From Oopsacas minuta (lineage: Eukaryota > Animalia > Porifera), in NCBI GenBank assembly GCA_024704765.1, contig JAKMXF010000111.1, positions 760,619 through 824,618 of the forward strand: a stretch of DNA of 64,000 nucleotides, given 5' to 3'. Position 1 is the first letter of the stretch. Each line of letters starts with the position of its first letter. The position numbers and the translations under genes were made by a program. The notes under the pieces are model-generated. The model did not search any database. It saw only the letters and a list, made by a program, of their open reading frames with translations, and was not told the DNA's origin. This document shows positions 59,801 to 64,000 of this stretch, piece after piece.

Positions 59801-61110
59801 TGTTGAAAAGTTTGCGATTCTTCTCAGTTATTTTCATGAATTTTCTATTACTGTTCTACTATCAATCAGATCAAGATATGTTCGCGTATGATTACCAAAT
59901 ATATCTGGTGCTGACAGCAAGTCTTCATGTAATGCTCTCCCTCCTGCTTCTCTACACATATATTATGTGGAAAGTACCATTAGAGTGTTTCAAACGTGAG
60001 AAGAAGATTTGTATTGAAATTCTACAGAATTCAGACATATTCAAAAGCTTTCTGGATAGCAATAGCAAACCGTTCTTGTCACAGTATTGGTGGGATGCAT
60101 GGGCACTGAAAAGTGATAAATTTCCACGTATGTATTGGGATAAACACTTCAAGCACAAAGTACGTGAAAATTACTCTGAAATGGACAGAGATGAGGAAAT
60201 CGATGAACTACTTGGAGAGAACATGGAAAGAAATGGAGAGAATAATGTAGACGAGGAAGACAATTATAGAAGTCTTAATGAATACACACATGGGAAGTTT
60301 GGTGTAGATTACTACTATGCTGTGTGGATGCTTTTCAGAGTATATCTCAGTGACAAGAATCTGTTATTCTCACTAATGTACATATGTTTCACGTGTATGG
60401 GACTGTTGTTTGATCATTTCTTCTTTGCATTTCACCTCATCCCGGAGATGATGGGGTATTTCAGTACTTTAAGAACAGTAGTAGTGTCTGTTACAATCCA
60501 TGGAAAAAGACTAGTATATACGACTCTATTGATGAGTGCAGTTATATTCATCTACACAGTATTTGCATTTAGGTTTTTCACAACTTACTACAGCAAGAAT
60601 TGCACTAACATGGTAACTTGTCTCCAGTTTCATATGAGCTCTGCTCTCAGATCTGGGGGTGGTGTATCTGACGTCATAGATACCCCAGATAAGAAGGATC
60701 CATTAGTGCTCCCCAGATTCCTATTCGACATGTCATTCTTTTTCATAGTTATAGTATTCCTCCTGGCAATTATTCAAGGGTTAATCATCGATGCATTCGG
60801 AGAGCTACGAGATCGAGAAGAGGGAGTTCGTGCTTCAATGCAAAACAAATGCTTTATATGCGGTATTAATAAGGACAAGTTCAATCAAGTACCTCGTGGA
60901 TATGAGAAACATACAAGCAAGGAACACTACTACCCCAATTACCTATTCTTCCTCATGTATCTGATTAACAAGCATGATACACTGTACACGGGACAAGAGT
61001 CATACGTATGGGACCTGTACTTACAGAGGAAGTGGGACTTCTTTCCTATAGGCTGCTACTTCGAAAAGAACAGTAACGAGAAGCATGAAGCAGAACAACT
61101 CGTAGCATGA
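44857..61110 (+). CDS. RYR: Ryanodine receptor, ~4953 aa; exons 44857-45398, 45600-46817, 47003-52656, 53198-56308, 56505-56716, 56776-57336, 57409-57654, 57725-58059, 58128-61110
   Basis: MIR/RIH N-terminus, three SPRY domains, RyR repeats (LAEFLHDAW, LAEYVHNQL), LLCEGHN, LTEYIQGPC, EF-hands, six TM segments, AIIQGLIIDAFGELR, CFICGI, TGQESYVW. All eight introns are GT-AG and phase-matched; total CDS 14862 nt. Confidence 0.95.
45440..45565. mobile_element. Degraded MITE in RyR intron 1
   Basis: Left CACTCAAACTTGTCTATAACGG versus reverse complement of right end CCGTCAAACCTGTATAACGG; TA on the left. Confidence 0.55.
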
Positions 61111-61251
61111 TAACACACGACATTTCACATTCTAAGCAGAATATATGGATTTGATTAATACCAGAATTTGATATTGTAGTTATGCAGCATTCTAATTCTA
61201 CATATAGCAAATAATGATATTGTTCAATATATATGAGGAATATGCACTTAC

Positions 61252-62859
61252 TTTGGGAGTACGTGACTATATCCCTTAGGAGTTATGGTGCTCACTCCCG
61301 CGGCGCCTCCCGTCTCATTGATGGGAGGGGAGAAGTCAGAGGGGTTGAATTCGGAATTAGGGTTAGGACGGAGTCTGGCAGTAGATGCTCTACCCTTTGC
61401 AGATTTTTGTCTTTGAGAAGAAGGGAGGTGTGGGAATCGAGTAAGACCCATAGCAGTGATCGGGGTGACTAGAGGAGGAAGTGAGAAGCTCACTTTTGTT
61501 TCTGTCAAAGATCTGAAGAGAGTGAATTATAATGTATACACTTGCTTATAATAGTTTTAACATACAGAGTAGGATCGTTTCCTAGAATAAAGTGTGTTGT
61601 TCGCTGATAATCAGTGCTTTTGGATCGTTTCTTGGATGTAGGAGATTCTAGTTCTTTTTCTTTCTTGAGCCAGTCACGATAGGTCTACAAGGAAGAATTA
61701 AATAATAGTATAATTATAGTTTATCCTTAGTAGTTAGCAAAACGTACCACAGTTCCATCAAAGTGATTTTGGTACATAGAATCACCCATCTTGAATTCCC
61801 CTACGTATTTGGAGGACATATCCTATAATCACAGAGAGTATACATTACATCAATGGATACTTGATAGAATGGAATGAATGAATAACTTGGAAGGTCCCTA
61901 AGGCTGATTTTTTACGTGCATACTTACCGGAAGACTACATAGAGTTGGTGGTAGAGATTGTTGTCTCTAAAGGATCAGAAATAAGAAATAATGCAACACA
62001 ACAAGACAAAAATATATCAAAATACCTTCTTATTAGATTTTATCAAGAAATCTGATTGTACTGTACTCTGAAACTCATTGCTAGCATCACCGAAAGTTAT
62101 ATCACTAGAATTCTACAAAGGAAATACATTCGCAAATAATAGGGAAATTAACACAGGTTCAGAGTTCATTTGTGATAATTGCTCCCTTATCTCACTTTAC
62201 AACGGAGTACATAATAATAACGGATAAGGCCAGAAGGGTTACAATTATGGATTCCATTTGATTGTCCCCACGTGTAAATATACAATATTTTCTAGTAAAT
62301 TTAATACATACGTATTGAGATTATTCATTCTACATACATACATACCTGCAGGTTAGCATTCCATTGAGAAGAGGTAGAAACTACAGATGGTTCATGCTTC
62401 TAGATCGAAAGTAAAAATTAATAACCACATAGATAGACATAAGGCAATGTCGAAGTATGATTGAACCTCAAATATTCGTTAATAATTAATCTTACAGGTG
62501 GACACATCAGCAAATTATGAGAATTTTAGACAAGCACTCGATCACAATGACTGAGTAGAAATGGGAGATAGCCCGCATATAGAAAGCTCGTATAAGTGAA
62601 TATTAGGGTATCGACCATATGACAAACTATTAATAAATATTATTTTGTACTAAATTATTAATTAAAGATTTGCTAAAAATACATTACTTGCTTTGTAATA
62701 TAATTTATTGGTAGAATTCCATTCATTTTCTTCTCTCCCCCTGTCTTCTGGACGTAACACAGCAGAGCGACAAAGCAAATCTCGTAAAGCTGCATTGTCT
62801 TTCTGTCTGCAACTCCCGTAATAGGCCTCGTACACAGGATTACGAGCTCCACTTAACAT
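61252..62859 (-). CDS. 5' exons of a minus-strand multi-exon gene, probably the same gene as the EF-hand exons at 40-44 kb
   Basis: Exon 61684-61566 (…QRTTHFILGNDPTL) splices in frame to exon 61512-61252, which ends at an AA|GTAAGT donor. Probable first exon from ATG 62859. Middle exons unresolved. Confidence 0.55.
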
Positions 62860-63110
62860 ACTATATCGGATAGCTAAACCATCAAAATAGCCATTTGATG
62901 AGATTTAATACGAATTAGGAAATGCATTAGGTAATGTATTTTGAATGGATATTTTAATAAAAAGAAATATACAGTGATAATGAAATAGAATGAGCGTATC
63001 TGTAATCTACCAGCTGAACTCCCAGAAAATGTCCAATAGCAGTCTGCAATATAGTGCAGAGTGTAAGCAGCTCTTTTCGTGTAATAAACTATTACAGATT
63101 TGCAATATTG

Positions 63111-63427
63111 TTAAACATCAGTAACAGGAGGAATAACTGCTAGTCCAGAGGCTGCTCTGCATGTGTGCATACCGGATACAAACTCCCAAGTATCAGTCCT
63201 AGGGTCGTATATTTCTGCTGTATTGAGGTAAGAAGGGCCGTTAATACCGCCTACAGCGATTAACCGAGACCCTAGCTCTGTGAGACACACGCCATCTCGG
63301 GGTGTTGACATTGGACTGATGGTCGTCCATTTTCCAGCAACAATATCAAAGCATTCCACTGAGCCAAGTCTACAGATACCGTCATTACCTCCAGAAATAT
63401 ATACACGACCTCCTAGCACTGCAACTC
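63111..63427 (-). CDS. Kelch-like protein, last exon only
   Basis: GVAVLGGRVYISGG...VECFD...W, SRLIAVGG...AEIYDPRTDTW. Begins at a TAG acceptor (63429-63428); no upstream kelch exon inside the window. Confidence 0.85.
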
Positions 63428-63615
63428 CTATTACACAATTGCAAATAAATACAGTAAAAGTGAAATTTAAGCAAATATCCAAACAATGTAGAAATGCAAG
63501 ATTTTATGTATAAAAAATCATAAAAAAAGGGTATTTTTAAGTATACGAGGTATTTAGTTGTATAATCAGTTCTTAACAGTGATAATAATACAAAGCTTAA
63601 ATGTATATAATACAC

Positions 63616-64000
63616 ATGGAAAAATTATATCACAACAAAATGAGAGAATTGCCTATTCTATTCTTAGCCCTGACTTGCTATATTGGTGTTCTACAAATGG
63701 GATTTGAGGGCGGTTATGTCTCTCCTACAGCAAACTCTCTCATTAAATACACTCCCTTAACAATCAATATTCTACCCATTTTCGCTGGATTCATATTCCT
63801 AGGTACCTTGGTAATGCTACCTCTACTGAGTTTCACTTCTCAAACAATTAACAGTAAGGCTCTGCTGATAGCGTCAATAGTACCAGGTTGTGTAGGTTGG
63901 TTCACAGTTGTCTTAAGCAATGACGTGTATACAATGTTGCTAGGAAGATTTCTGTTGGGCATACAGTCTTCTATTCTATTCCTTACTAGTATTTACCTTG
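63616..64000 (+). CDS. MFS sugar transporter (GLUT8/Tret1-like), 5' partial
   Basis: Open frame MEKLYHNKMRELPILFLALTCYIGVLQMGFEGGYVSP...LLLGRFLLG-type TM1 G..GY.SP and TM4 GRFLLG motifs; runs off the window. In-frame ATGs at 63601, 63616 and 63640. Confidence 0.8.
   Translation, partial: MEKLYHNKMRELPILFLALTCYIGVLQMGFEGGYVSPTANSLIKYTPLTINILPIFAGFIFLGTLVMLPLLSFTSQTINSKALLIASIVPGCVGWFTVVLSNDVYTMLLGRFLLGIQSSILFLTSIYL

Noticed and set aside
44857-61110. Fragmented RyR ORFs as a pseudogene or several genes
   Set aside because: All breaks are bounded by phase-matched GT-AG sites and give one continuous frame.

Overview
Gene-dense, AT-rich eukaryotic (animal) DNA, not prokaryotic: about 27 genes with GT-AG introns mostly ~50-65 nt long and spacers often 110-340 bp. 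The architecture resembles a compact non-bilaterian genome such as a glass sponge (inference, not verified). Genes: IFT70/TTC30 (3' end off-window), a BTB protein, XRRA1, WDR19, UQCRFS1, GNPNAT1, two tandem CNG channels, PRODH, an orphan, a Pol-beta-type nucleotidyltransferase, a moonraker-like protein, FBXW10, IFT43, ILF2, NME7, CK2alpha, MAU2, RPS9, a coiled-coil gene, an orphan, NTF2, an EF-hand gene, a complete 9-exon ryanodine receptor (~4953 aa), a kelch last exon and an MFS sugar transporter start. Several TA-flanked MITEs sit in introns or spacers. Main signals: (1) three apparent nested genes, namely the RyR inside a 17.3-kb antisense intron of an EFHB-like gene, the BTB gene on the same strand inside TTC30 intron 2, and the MFS gene inside a kelch intron; (2) a TAG acceptor-like site 0-4 nt before the ATG in 13 genes in tightly packed co-oriented runs, suggesting spliced-leader trans-splicing and operon-like transcription; (3) non-canonical pore and ligand-site residues in the RyR and both CNG channels. 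All splice models were derived by hand and need transcript confirmation.
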